From positions 30,630,001 through 30,694,000 of the forward strand of contig OZ076409.1 of NCBI GenBank assembly GCA_964187785.1: a stretch of DNA of 64,000 nucleotides, read 5' to 3'. The first letter of the stretch is position 1. Every line of letters starts with the position of its first letter. Positions 34,060 to 46,100 of the stretch are shown piece by piece. Under the pieces are notes generated by a model. It saw only the letters and a program-made list of their open reading frames with translations. It was not told where the DNA came from and searched no databases. Origin of the DNA: Amphiscolops sp. MND2022 (taxonomy: Eukaryota). A program made the position numbers and the translations under genes.

Positions 34060-37000
34060 TTAAAAAACATGTGCTCGATCACTTATCAACTTCACAAGTT
34101 GTTGATGGGTGAGTGCTTGTTTCCAATACCAAACATTGAAACAAATTTCTTCATCTGTTTTCTTGCTACCATCATCATTTATAGTTAAATCTTTATAATA
34201 CAAACCAATTAGTTTCAAACAAAATATACAAGGACAATCACCTTTTTGTGTGTCTTTATCCCATGGTAAACTTTGTATTGGATTTATATACAAACGTTCA
34301 TCGTCAAAAGGATTCAAAGCTAGTTTGTTTTGTTTTTCAACTGTAAGGTTGTGTAAATTAGATCTGATTGATATATTTGTAGAACTTGATGTTTCTGAAT
34401 TAAACAATGAATTTTTGTAGTGTTCACATTTGGGAGCTTTTTGTATTCCTTTTTGTTTCGCTTTTTGAATATTATTGTAACTAAAAGAATATGACTTTGA
34501 TCGCAATGCTGTGAAAGTATCTAACACCAAAACTGGACTTGTTTCCATTTTCATTTTTCCTATAACTTTCTTGTTAATAGGATTATATATTTCATGCGAT
34601 TTATCCAATTCACTGAAATCAAATTCATCTTTGTTTTCTTGTAAAAAGTTTATTAGTTCTTGGTGGTTTGTATCAAAACTCAGAATAAAACTATCAGTGT
34701 CCATGTAGTGTAGTTGTATGGATTGTTTCCAATATGGTTGTAATTTGTTATAATAAAATTCATATATTAATAGTTTTGATAGTTCTAAAACTGTAAAACC
34801 TAAATAAAATGGTTCATCAAAGACTGTTTTTTCTTTATCAAACTTGTACACACTAAACTTAGAATAATGATCCACAATGCCTTTGAAACCTAACTTGGAT
34901 TGTCTTTTTATTATTTGATCTATTTGAGAATGATCAATGAATTCTAGATTGGTTCTATCTCTTACATTTTCCATAGTCTTCCCAAAGAAAGCATTATTCA
35001 TTAATTTATAAAGATCCTTTTCAAAGTTTGTTTTCGCTACTGTGCGTTTCTGAGTATTATGATCGATATATTTACCTAACCATGGACTTTGTTTAAACTT
35101 ATAGATAGTATGTATCTTCGTTACTTTCATCCCTTGGTCAAGATAAAACTTAAACATCCTATAATGTATCATATATTTCGATTTATTGGGTACATCACAC
35201 ATAAGTTTTGATATTGGTTTGTACTTAGGTTGATTTACACTATTCATATAACCTGAGAATATGTCTGGATCTGCTTTTGTTTGATACGGACAAAAAGGAA
35301 AGTTTTTCGTTTTTTCTTTAATTTCAGCTGGATATTCTAAATCACATTCTATAAAGAATCCATATTCATTATCATCAGGTATTTGTAATAAATCTTCTAC
35401 TAATTGCTCTAGATTGTAATTATCTGTTTAATTACACGGATTAAGAGGTAATATTTCGAATTCGCCAGTTGGATGATATTGACTCATTGCCCATCCATAT
35501 AGATTATTTGCATCGATATATAAGATTTGTTTATTTTCATCAGATTGCTCGTGACGATCTCCCATAACACTTGAAATTCCTCCACGGATATTATTTTCAA
35601 GTAGTAGCAGTAGGTTTTTATCTTTTATGAAGTCTAACTTTATATCAGTCAACTTCAAACCTGCTTTCCATGTATAACCAGGTAGAGAGTAACAATACAA
35701 AGGATTAATTTTATATTCTCGTGTAGAACTTTCCACAAAGTTTTCAAATACATCAGCTAACTGAAGAACATCCATTTTTAAGTATAACAGTTAATTCTTG
35801 TCCGTTCTTTATATTATTTTTATCAATTAAATCTTGGGTTCTTTTTATATCATCATCTGATGGATAAGATTGTGTTAATGTTGACCAATAATCTTCTTTG
35901 GTTAGATTTAATGGTTCCTGAAAGTTATCAAGATTTAAGTATTCATATGGATAAGCTAATTTCTTTTTGAATAAATCATCACTCATTCCTTCCAATTTTG
36001 TGATAGGAAAATTGTCTAAACTCTTAACTAATTTATCTAAACTGGAAGAAAGAAATCGGTATGAATCTAAGAATCTCAAGCAACCTACTTGTACACTAAC
36101 ATAATTTTCCAGTGATTTTGGAATTATCGTTGGATTATAGTTTTGATTGTATGCTTCGGTTAAAAGTTCTTCAAATATAAGATGACAATCATAACCACTG
36201 AAATTATGGAAAAATATAGGAAAAAAACTTGATGACCTTTGCTGGCTTTGAATGTTACATATATTATGAGCTGCTCCTCTGTATTTTCCTGTTAGATGAT
36301 CATGATCTCTAAACTTAGTACATTCGGTATTATCGAGTGAATTTTCACAGAGCCAGCATATGGTGGATTGTTGAAATGATTCTTCTTCTTCAGGAGTTAT
36401 TTGTAATTCTAAGTTTGTTTTAAAATTATTATTTGTTTCTAGTTCTAACTTTAACTTTTCCTTTACAAACCACTTGGTACAATCTGTTCCAAAGTATGAG
36501 CTGTACTTGCTTTCAAATGGTGAAATTTTATAATATCCTACTGCAATTGGAATTTGTTTAAATAATACTTTGGGGTTATTTTGAGTTTGATTATTACATT
36601 CAAAATCTGCATATACTCTTATTGGTACAGGAACTTTCATATAATAATCTTCGAACTTTAACTGATCCTTCCAACTGAATGTGATTTTAGTTGGTTGCTG
36701 TTTTTGACAACGATCTATATGATCAATTAGAACTAGTTGTGAACTAAATGCTGTTAAACATCTTCTACATACGTGTTTCATATGTGAGTCTTTATTTATT
36801 AAACAATGCAACTTTGTTATTAAGCAATAGTGATTTTGATACAGCAATAAATCTATTTGTGGTTGTAAGTAATTTTTGTTAACGTGGATTGGTGTTAGTA
36901 CAGTTCCAGTGAGTTCAAATACATTTATACACAGTCCGATATTTAAATTTTCAAACTTGGGAGTATCTTTGACTTTCATAGGGAAATCTAAACCTTCTAG

Positions 37001-37860
37001 GTTGAATTTATCAAAATGTTTTGAATAACTCGATGTTATATTTTTATTATCCTCAACAGGATATAAATATGCTAGGATACACCATAAAAAACAATATTGA
37101 TCATTATTCTTTATATTTATTATTGATTGGCTGTTTTTATATTTTGGTGGTAACTCAATATATGAAGATGCTTGAATATCATTAACTTTATATATTTCTA
37201 ATATAACTTCTTCTATTTCTTGAAACACAAAACCTGATCCTTCTAATTGTTCATCATCTAATTTCTGTATTAATGTGTTATGAGTATCTTACGTATTATG
37301 TATGAGATTGTATATGTATGTATATAATGTACGTGATTATATATTAGATCTGATTTTATCCATCTTTTAAATACTTCTTCTTCTCCATTGATTATTTTTG
37401 AAAATTTAGCTAGATAACTCAATTGATATTTAAATCGGGGAAAATAATTTTTACTGAGTAATTCATTTATGCGATGTTCAAGATTCTCACTTGGATTTAT
37501 TTTAAGTTTAATGTATGTATTTTCATTCATAATTATTTCTACTCCATTACCGAACGTGTTTTGTATATTGTTTTGTTGACGGTTTTGACGGTTTTGTAAA
37601 TGAATTTCACTTTGGAAATGTCTTGTTTTATCAGATATATATCTATTACAATCTTCACACCAAACACGTCGTTGTTCGGTTTTATTTTTATGTTCATCTG
37701 AATTTAGATGAGAACTTTTTTCTAATAAGGGCATACATGAACTACATTTTTTACAATAATATTGATTTAATTTTTTTTGATGACCTATTGAATTTATATG
37801 ATCGGATTCATAAGATTTTTTATAATTTGAATTAGAAATAATACAATTCTCCATTTCCAT
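34060..37860 (-). pseudogene. polB: Protein-primed family B DNA polymerase, fragmented; N-terminal zinc fingers and endonuclease-VII-like insert
   Basis: YADFEC, FHNFSGYD, FLDSYRFL, YIDANNLYG, KLMNNAFFGK, YMDTDS; DHDHLTGKYRGAAHNICN. Confidence 0.95.
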
Positions 37861-38009
37861 TTATTAAGGAAAAAATAGTTTAATTAAAATTTTTCAATAA
37901 ATGTTTTTCAAAAAATTGGTGAAAAATATTTTAATTTGTGGTGTTAAGGTATTAAAATTTGCCACAGATTTGAATGATAAATATTTCATTTAAGAAAATT
38001 TTTAAAACC

Positions 38010-38565
38010 TGAGATCAGAAACTCAAGACCTTTCCAATGATGTATCACACATGGCAATATCTTAAATTTTTATAATCTTTACATGTTTAAGGGTTTCAGG
38101 TTTGAGATGGTATAGTTTCAGTTGTGGGTGCCCGATCATGAAAATATTCAAAATCTGTGATCTCCAACTCAAGACCATTCCAATGATGTATCATACACTG
38201 TGATATGTTGAACTTTTATAATCTCTACATGTTTAAGGGTTTCAGGTTTCAGGTGGTATAGTTTCAGCTGAGGATGTCCGATCATGGAGATAATCACCAT
38301 CTATGATTTCTTTTTTATGACCTATCCAATGATGTATCATACACTGTGATATGTTGAACATTTATAATCTCTACATGTTTAAGGGTTTCAGGTTTTTCGA
38401 AGTTTCAGTTGGTATACGTTTGTACTAGGTTTTCGAATTGTATCTAGATAGATAGCCCTTGTCAAGACCTTTTCAATGGTATATTATACTTTGTTGTAAC
38501 TCAAATATTTGTTGAGTTATGGCGTTTTTCCTGACCTATTAGTAATCTCTACATGTTTAAGAGTG
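38010..38565. repeat. Diverged tandem array, ~146-bp period, about 4 copies
   Basis: Recurring GACC(T/A)TTCCAATGATGTATCA and TAATCT(C/T)TACATGTTTAAGGGTTTCAGGTTT. Confidence 0.85.
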
Positions 38566-39359
38566 AAAGTCTAAATGGAAAAAGTTGCCACTTGAGTGCT
38601 TTTCAAGTGGTTTTTGACCTTTTAATCTTTTTCAAAATCACTTTTCTCGAAAACTATATTAGGTAGAAACTTGAAATTTTCAGGGTAGACTACTTATGGT
38701 ATGAGCTAATGATTGGAACCGAGACCGCCAACCTCCAACTAATACCATGGTAAGATGGTAAGTGATATGGTTAAACATGTGGAGATTGGGTATAGCAAAG
38801 AAAAAACCCAATTTTTACACTCGTTTTGACACCTGGTAATCAATGGGTTGATTGTATAGCTCAGAAAAAAATGTGTGTACCTTTTGATTATTGAAATAAA
38901 TCGAGTATATATTTTACCACCGCAAAACAATATATTACAACTATTCCATCAAAGTCTCTTTGCCAGTTTCATTTCTTCGGCCATGCTGTTTGCTGTGACT
39001 GTAGAGAGAAAAGTGAAAAATGGAAATTTGGTGCATTCCGAATGCACCTCAAGGTCAGACGACCGTCTGGTGCGTGAAATTCTGTTTGAAATTTATATGG
39101 TGGTAATTTTTCCAACAGTTGTGGTGTCCACTTGTGCGCATCAGTGAATTTATCTATAATGAAAAATGTGTTCATCAATTTTTATATGTAATTTTTTAAT
39201 GGGTAAAAATGAAGAAAAAAAACTCGTTTTCAATTTGGACACTTGTGTTTTCTACTTGAACGCATTCGGTAAGTATTCATTTTTTCTTCACGATGTGGTA
39301 ATAATTCTATTATACGTCGATGGAGGTTAGTTCAATTTTTGTTCGTGACAAATGTTTCT

Positions 39360-39592
39360 TTGGAAAATTTGTGCATCGATTTTTATTTTGTTAATTTTTT
39401 AGTTGTGAAAAAAGGCTGATTTTTAGATGGTTTGATTGGTAATTTGTGAAAAAGATTAATTTTTTAATGGTTTTACGAACTTAAATTTTTTTTATTTTTT
39501 AATAGTGAAAAAACACCAATTTTATCGATTTTTTTGAAAAAATGCCTACATTTAGGGTTTTGATTATCAGGATCGGGAATTCGCATACTACT
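39360..39592 (-). repeat. Right terminal inverted repeat of the Polinton
   Basis: Ends CGCATACTACT, followed by TSD AGTGGA. Confidence 0.93.
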
Positions 39593-40511
39593 AGTGGAGT
39601 TGTAGATTTGGAGATAAAAGTAAAAACTTATAATGAGAAGCCTCCAATGAGAAGATAAGGAAAATTCAGTAAAAAAGGAGTATCTAGAAGAGTAAGCCTC
39701 TTCCGAAACCAAAAATAGGGAGAGTAGTGAGTGTCAGAGTTTGAAGACCATTATTGTGGATTTTTAGTACATCTTCAAGTGTACGATAAGTTTCGAATTG
39801 ATGAGTGAGAATAGAAAAATGATCAGTGTTAGGGGCAATTCAACATAAGGTCGAAGTAGCTTGAAGATATCCGTGGCGATTCTATCGGTGGGGCTAGAGA
39901 AGGCCTTACTGCAATCGTTTTGATTGACATTTTGTAGTACATAGGCGGACTGAAAAGAAATTGCGATGAGAGGGCGTGCATTTGGAATAAAATCTTCATA
40001 AGGTTAGCATGAAATGCGTTGAGGAGGATGCAGTTTAGGTAATGCATAGTGAATTCTTTGTATAAGTTTTAATGACAGAAGACGGTTTGGCAATATTGAA
40101 AATCAAATGGGCAGTCGAGTGATGTTTGTGTATAATGGGAAATGAAAAGTGAGCGGGCATGATCATCAAGAGGAGAATCAACAAGTTTATTGAGTTTCCA
40201 ACAAGGGTGGTGATGTGAATAAGTAGGAAATCAACATTTAGATTACGCTAATCATGCGGAACAAAAAGAGGACGAGTCGGGTCAAGATAGGGACTTAGAA
40301 AGTAATATTGTTTGACAGGATCATAGTTGCGCATTGTGCCGATTTTGATTAGGTTTATTTAAAGAGTAATGATCATAGTAGACAAAAGGTAAAGTGAAGT
40401 TTTGCTTAAGAAAATGACGTTTTGAGGGTGTTTTTAAGGACGAGGGTTTACTTTTTTGGTGTGTTTTTTCAACAGTAGAAAAAGTAGGTAAATCATTCGA
40501 ATTGGTACTGA

Positions 40512-41058
40512 TGTAACGGCACCCTGTGCCGACGAAATTTTCGAAGTTTGACGATTTTCTGTGTTTGACGAATTTCGTTCAAAGTTGACGTGGCCCTCAA
40601 ACATGTGTTCACGAAGTACCAGTCCCGCAAAATTATAGAGAGGGTGGATCAACAAGGCCAGCGAAGCGGAAAAAAGTGACACAACGACAAGAGAAGTGCG
40701 TACAACGTCACGAAATCGAAAAATCGTAAGCCTATGCGCTAATTCCCACGGTATCCATCAAGAATCAGACGGAATCAGCATGTCCGAGTATTGCAGCGCC
40801 CGGAACCAGGGTTGTGTCGAACCCAAGAACCAGTGCCATGCCACCCAGTGTGATTTTAGACTTGCCAAACTGGATTTTCGTGCCCCTTCGATGTGTTAAT
40901 CAATTGTTTGATGAATTCTTTACTCGAGAGCTACCTCTGTTAATGTTAATGTCATTTATGATGGATTTCCATCTGGACCATCATATCCCGGATCATTACC
41001 TATGGCTTCAGTTCCTCCGCCCTGCGTAGCGGATAAACGCTGAGCGCTTTTCGTTACA
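40512..41058 (+). repeat. Probable 5' LTR of element C (end may be 41069)
   Basis: TGTAACG...CGTTACA terminal inverted repeat just upstream of a PBS; no second copy to confirm. Confidence 0.65.
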
Positions 41059-41074
41059 TAGGAACTTCATTTTT

Positions 41075-41091
41075 TGGCGACCACAGAGGGA
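41075..41091 (+). promoter_or_regulatory. Primer-binding site, tRNA-Arg-like
   Basis: TGGCGACCACAGAGGGA, close to the complement of metazoan tRNA-Arg(UCG) 3' ends. Confidence 0.7.
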
Positions 41092-43615
41092 TCGTCTTTG
41101 GGAAGCTTTCCTGCATGGTTTTAAAATATCTGACCCTCCGGTGTTCAGCGCCAAGATAGTTTCGACTCTGAAGGAGAAGCCAGAGTTTTGCTCCTATTTT
41201 AACCGATTGCAAGTATTCTTGGCCGCAGGAACGGAGGAGACCCAGAAAACCCGAAGAAAATGCGTTTTCAGGTTCGAAAATGGCATTTTGAGGTTGAAAA
41301 ACCGTAAATGCTTGTGTTCGAATGTCATGTTATGTACAGCGGGTATTTGTTTTACAGGTAATGGCTTTCACAGCACGTGGCCACGTGTGTTAACAGGTAT
41401 TTGCAGCTATTTTCAGCATTTTGAGCCATGTAAGACAGGTACAGATGAGCGACAATCCATACTCCACCAGGGCGAAGGGGATGCGAAATGGAGTGAAATT
41501 TGGTGGACAGAGAGAACAACTCCTAACAAAGCTAATGGTCCAAACCGCAGGTCTCTAGCTGGTCTGGACATGGAGAAATTGCGTGGCGAAGATGCACCCC
41601 CTGGGACCAGCAATGTCGCCCAGATGGAACATGGTTCGCGGAAATTTTGAGATTGCACCTTTTTTCATGGGGAATCGTTGGTGCAGGTCAGTGACTCTTT
41701 TTTGCAATGTAACGTCACCCAATGGATCGCTTTTGAGTGAAGAAAACGGAGATTTTTGTAAAATAAAGGACCAATTTTTGTGTTTTTCGAGCATTTTTTG
41801 GTTGGAGTAAAGGCACTCCGTAAATCCAAGTTAGCATTGTCAGTATGGTGGCAAAAGTAGCCTTGAACCTTGAGGGAACTGAGAAAAATAATGCTCAAAG
41901 GTTCTCGGAACACTTTTAGGCGAAAGAGTGGAAATTTGCAGTAAAAAAGCGCGAAAATTGGGAAAAAGGGTGGAAAACATCCTAAAATCACTATGGCACC
42001 TAGGTGTAGAAGCCTGGGGCACTGTTGTAAAGGAGTTTCTCGGGTGAATCACAACCCCAGAGTTTTGGAAATAGCTTTTGCTGATCGATTGACTGGTATA
42101 AAGACCAGAAAAAGGTTAAATTCTTGCAATTTCGACTGTTTTTGACCCTTGTAGAGTATAGTGTGAAAAACCCTGTTAACCAAACCTTAAATCAACCTTC
42201 AGAGCCTAGGCGCTCTTGTTTTCTGTTTTCATAATAAAAATAACGCAATGTGGTGAAAACCGCATGCAAAAATTCCCGTTCAGTGCTGAGAAAAGTGGAA
42301 AAACGCACTGAATTTGGCCAAATTTCCACAAAACCGGACTGTCCAATTGTTAGGGTCGGGTCATTGATTCCCGAGCCCTAGCTAAAAACTGGTTGCATTT
42401 TCGTAACAACCGTCAAATAAACGTTAGTGCCGAAAATTTGGTGAGCCTAGCGCTAACCAAAGTGGAGAAAAGCTCTCTGACGTTTTGACATCAGAAGGAG
42501 CTGAATTAGCTGAAAATTTCTGAAACTGTAGGACCGACAGTGCCTTATACCTAACGGACACGGTTGATTGAGGGCTTGTGGCAGTGCTGTGACTAGTGGG
42601 GCAACGCGTTAACCCCACTGACCCTGCCGTACCATTTGTAGTGTCGATCCTCTTAGCCGATTTTTAAAAAAAGTGTCAAAAAAGACCGTTTTTTCTAAGT
42701 TCGTGTCCACGCCTAGCCCAAGTTCCCGGTAAACTCGAGAGCTTCCATTGAGTTGTGATACCAGCATTGTGGGTGCCCACTGGGAACGTGCATCAAGTTT
42801 CGTGCCAATCGCTGCAGTGTTCGTTGAGAAATGGACGGAAACGTACTGCATAAAAACAGGCACAAAAAAGGCCGTTTTTCAAATTTTTTGGGAAGACCCG
42901 GATACCTTAGCCGAAGAATGAGAACAGTTTATTGCTCACCAACGCAACTGATACTAGTTGGCACTCCGCTAGCGGAAAAACCAGACCGCTGACTGCAACC
43001 AGTGCTCAGAAATTGTGTGATTAGTGTGAATTTTGACCCCTACTGATACATAGGAGTACCGCACGTCTGTACCAAGGCGAAACAGTGTACAGGCCTCGGA
43101 GCCTAAATCGGTGGTCAATTCCGTGTACGTACCTACGTGTGTGTAGAATCCTCTGGTCAATCTTGAGCCAAATCCGACCCTTGAGTGACGAATACGTGCC
43201 ACTTGTGTTGTTTTTAATCTTGTTCGGGTAAAGTCAAAAACTGTTGTAAACCCTTCCTGAACGTTTATAGATAGTTTAAACCCAATCTGAGTTCGTTTTC
43301 CGGACTTGTGTGTGAAAACCTACTGCGTGTGTAATTTTGAGCCCGCTACAGCCCTTGAAAGCAATTTTGACTTTCGCGAAGCGTTCTGTAATTGAAAATT
43401 GCTTAAGTCCACACCGAGACGACAGGAGGCCTAACATAGTCCGAGACATTTCCGTGGCCCCTGGGAACGGACTGGGTGACCTCAGGACACCTCGTAGTCA
43501 GGTTGGACGCTAGTCACACCGGCAACGCTCCGAAAAGTAGGTACGGACGAGCGGCAGTACGGCCCAGTGAGTCGAAACTGGAGATACTGTTGCATCATCT
43601 TGCGACGTATCTCGG

Positions 43616-46100
43616 ATGAATAGGGGAAGCATCATGTTCTGGACAGGCGTAGCAACCGTAGTCCGACTGTTCACGCATAGCACTGAGGAAGGTAGCGAAC
43701 CCAATGCGTCTGACGCTACCGATTCGAGCGAGCTGCAAGAGATAAGCTCGACCCAGCGCGAAAGTTCAGACACTATAAGTCAGGTGAGTCTGAGAGAATG
43801 GCCACCTACGAAGTCATTATCGACCGGTTCCTCCTTTTCAGAAGCAATGAGGGATCGTGTTACTGCCTTCTCAGCAACGCCGAGAAGACAAAATGCTATG
43901 GCCTTGAACTCACCCCTATCGGAAGAACTTATCCGCACAGGACAATGGATCCAAGACAACAGAGGTGAGTTAGCTTTGCTTCAAACGGCTGGATTGTGGC
44001 CCAACTCCAACCACACGGCCGTGGAGGTGACCCCTGTGCGTAGTGGAACACCCAAAGACAACGACAGCCCAGCTAGCAATGATACCGATGCAATTTTGGA
44101 AGGCATGACTTTTGTCGGTGGAATGAATTATGCTAAGTATCGCCTGGATGCTTGTCGAGCGAAAACCTCTGGCAAGCAAAAAACGCGTCCTCCAACACTG
44201 TGTGTGCAGGACGAAACGGTTCGCGATGGTGCCACGTCCACTACCTCATCACGATGTTTTCGGCCTATCGGGCTGTCGAGGAAGCCGCTGCTGCACGGAC
44301 TGCAATGTTGCAAGCGGAAACTGAAGCCCGACGAGCCTTAGCACGTCTGGCCGATACCCGTGCCGAATGCAATGAACAGCACAATGTCATGACTGCAGAA
44401 TTGGAAGCCCTGCAGGACTTCGTGAAAGGTAGCCTGAGGAGCGCGACCCAGCAGACCACAGTACAAGCTGCGAAAGTAGACGCCATGGGCTATCTATTGG
44501 AAGAAATGAAGGACTTACTTCTCCAGCGCGAACTCCGCGTGGAAGCACGACTGGCTGAACTCAGTGATCAGATACGCACTCAAAGTGGAGCACCCACAAG
44601 TGTATCTCACACAAGGACCGTTGAGACAGAGCACACTGAAACTGCCGAACCTATTGCATCCACGAGTAAGATGGTGCCCATGCGCACCCCCAACCCGTCA
44701 ATAACGCCAAAGTAGTCGTACCACCACCAATAAATAAGAGGACCACAAAAGTGCACGTATGCATGCCCAACCCACTCAGTGACATCTCAATACCACCGGC
44801 GACGTCGCTGACCCAAACCCGGGATCAGGGAGTAGACACAATGCCGATTACATTGTCGACTCTTGACTTGACCGACACTAGGGCAACTGCTGGTTCACAC
44901 ACTAGCAGCACAGAGGACGAAGTCTACGCTACCGCCCGGATGAGGACTGGAACCAATTCACTGTTCTTGACTGCGAGCGAAGGAATGCTCACAGGCAAGC
45001 CTTGTGCCAGCAGTACTCGCCAGAAAGATAATGCGAATGGTGAAATATCCGTGCAAGCCACTAGAGGCAGTCAAGATAACTCTCCAGCCCCTTGTGAGGG
45101 AAAAGAAGTAATATTCCCAGAGCAGCTGCAATTCACAGCCGCCATTTCAAAGGCAATGTCCAAAGAACTGGCCCCTTTGCTGGCTGGACGTGACCAAACG
45201 CAAGCTAAGCCTAGCGTCTATAGGGGATCCAAGGAAGGTTCCATTGATGGTTGGATCCTCGTGATGCGGCGTTATTTACAGCGCAAGCAAGCCAAGGCAA
45301 CCCCCGATGATAAAGCTTGGAGCATCATCGGACACTTGGAAGGTGAAGCTCGCAATTACTTTATCAATAAAGCCGAGTCCGAAAGGGACACCCCTGAAAA
45401 AGTATTCGAATTGTTAGCTAGTCGATTTGGAACTGGAGGCAACCGCATGCAGGTGCGCCAGGTTTTCACCACCCGGCTACAATCCGACAAGGAAGACTGA
45501 ATGCAGTATTTGGACACCCTGGAAGGACTTCGAAGCCAAGGCTTTCCTGAAGAGCCCGTCGCAACCAAACGTTACGAAATCCTCCAGCGCTTTATTGAGG
45601 GTATTGGTGATCCCGTCCTACAAAGGAACTGTCCATGATCCATGCGTCTGAGACCACTGTTAGCGAACCTCCTACGGTAGAAACTTTGCGATTCACGACC
45701 TGACAATTGCAACGTACTAGACCTAAGTCTGTACCGTATGATCCCAGATATGCCATGAGATCAAGGCCGCATCCCTTTGCACCACTACCACCCAACAAGA
45801 TGGTGCTTCCTCAAGGGGTTCTACCACCCCCTCCTGTAAACAACGCCCTAGCAAATGCGGCGGCGGCACCACCTGTAGCACGCCTTCCAATAGGCGCTTG
45901 CTTCAACTGTGGTCAGACTGGCCACTTCGCTCGAGATTGCCCCAATCGCGACCAAGCTCGCAAACCTGCAGTTGTGCCAGAACCAGAAGATGTAAAAATA
46001 ACTGCTGAGGACGTGACTGATGGGATTCTGGACAACTATCCTGGATTTCGCCAATGCGCTCACTGTGGCATCTTCAACCATGTTGACTCACTGTGCACTG
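43616..46100 (+). pseudogene. gag: gag of element C (coiled coil, capsid-like core, CCHC knuckle); boundaries approximate
   Basis: PSVYRGSKEGSIDGW...HLEGEAR core; CFNCGQTGHFARDC; stops and frameshifts. Confidence 0.82.

Larger units (their letters stand above)
24912..39592. mobile_element. Complete Polinton/Maverick (endogenous polintovirus-type element), 14.7 kb, partly decayed
   Basis: AGTAGT...ACTACT termini, ~230-bp TIRs, 6-bp TSD AGTGGA (24906-24911 and 39593-39598), pPolB, integrase, ATPases, protease, capsid genes. Confidence 0.97.

Noticed and set aside
38739..40682. Short ORFs as host or Polinton genes
   Set aside because: Under 100 aa, mostly non-ATG starts, no motifs; one spans the TIR boundary
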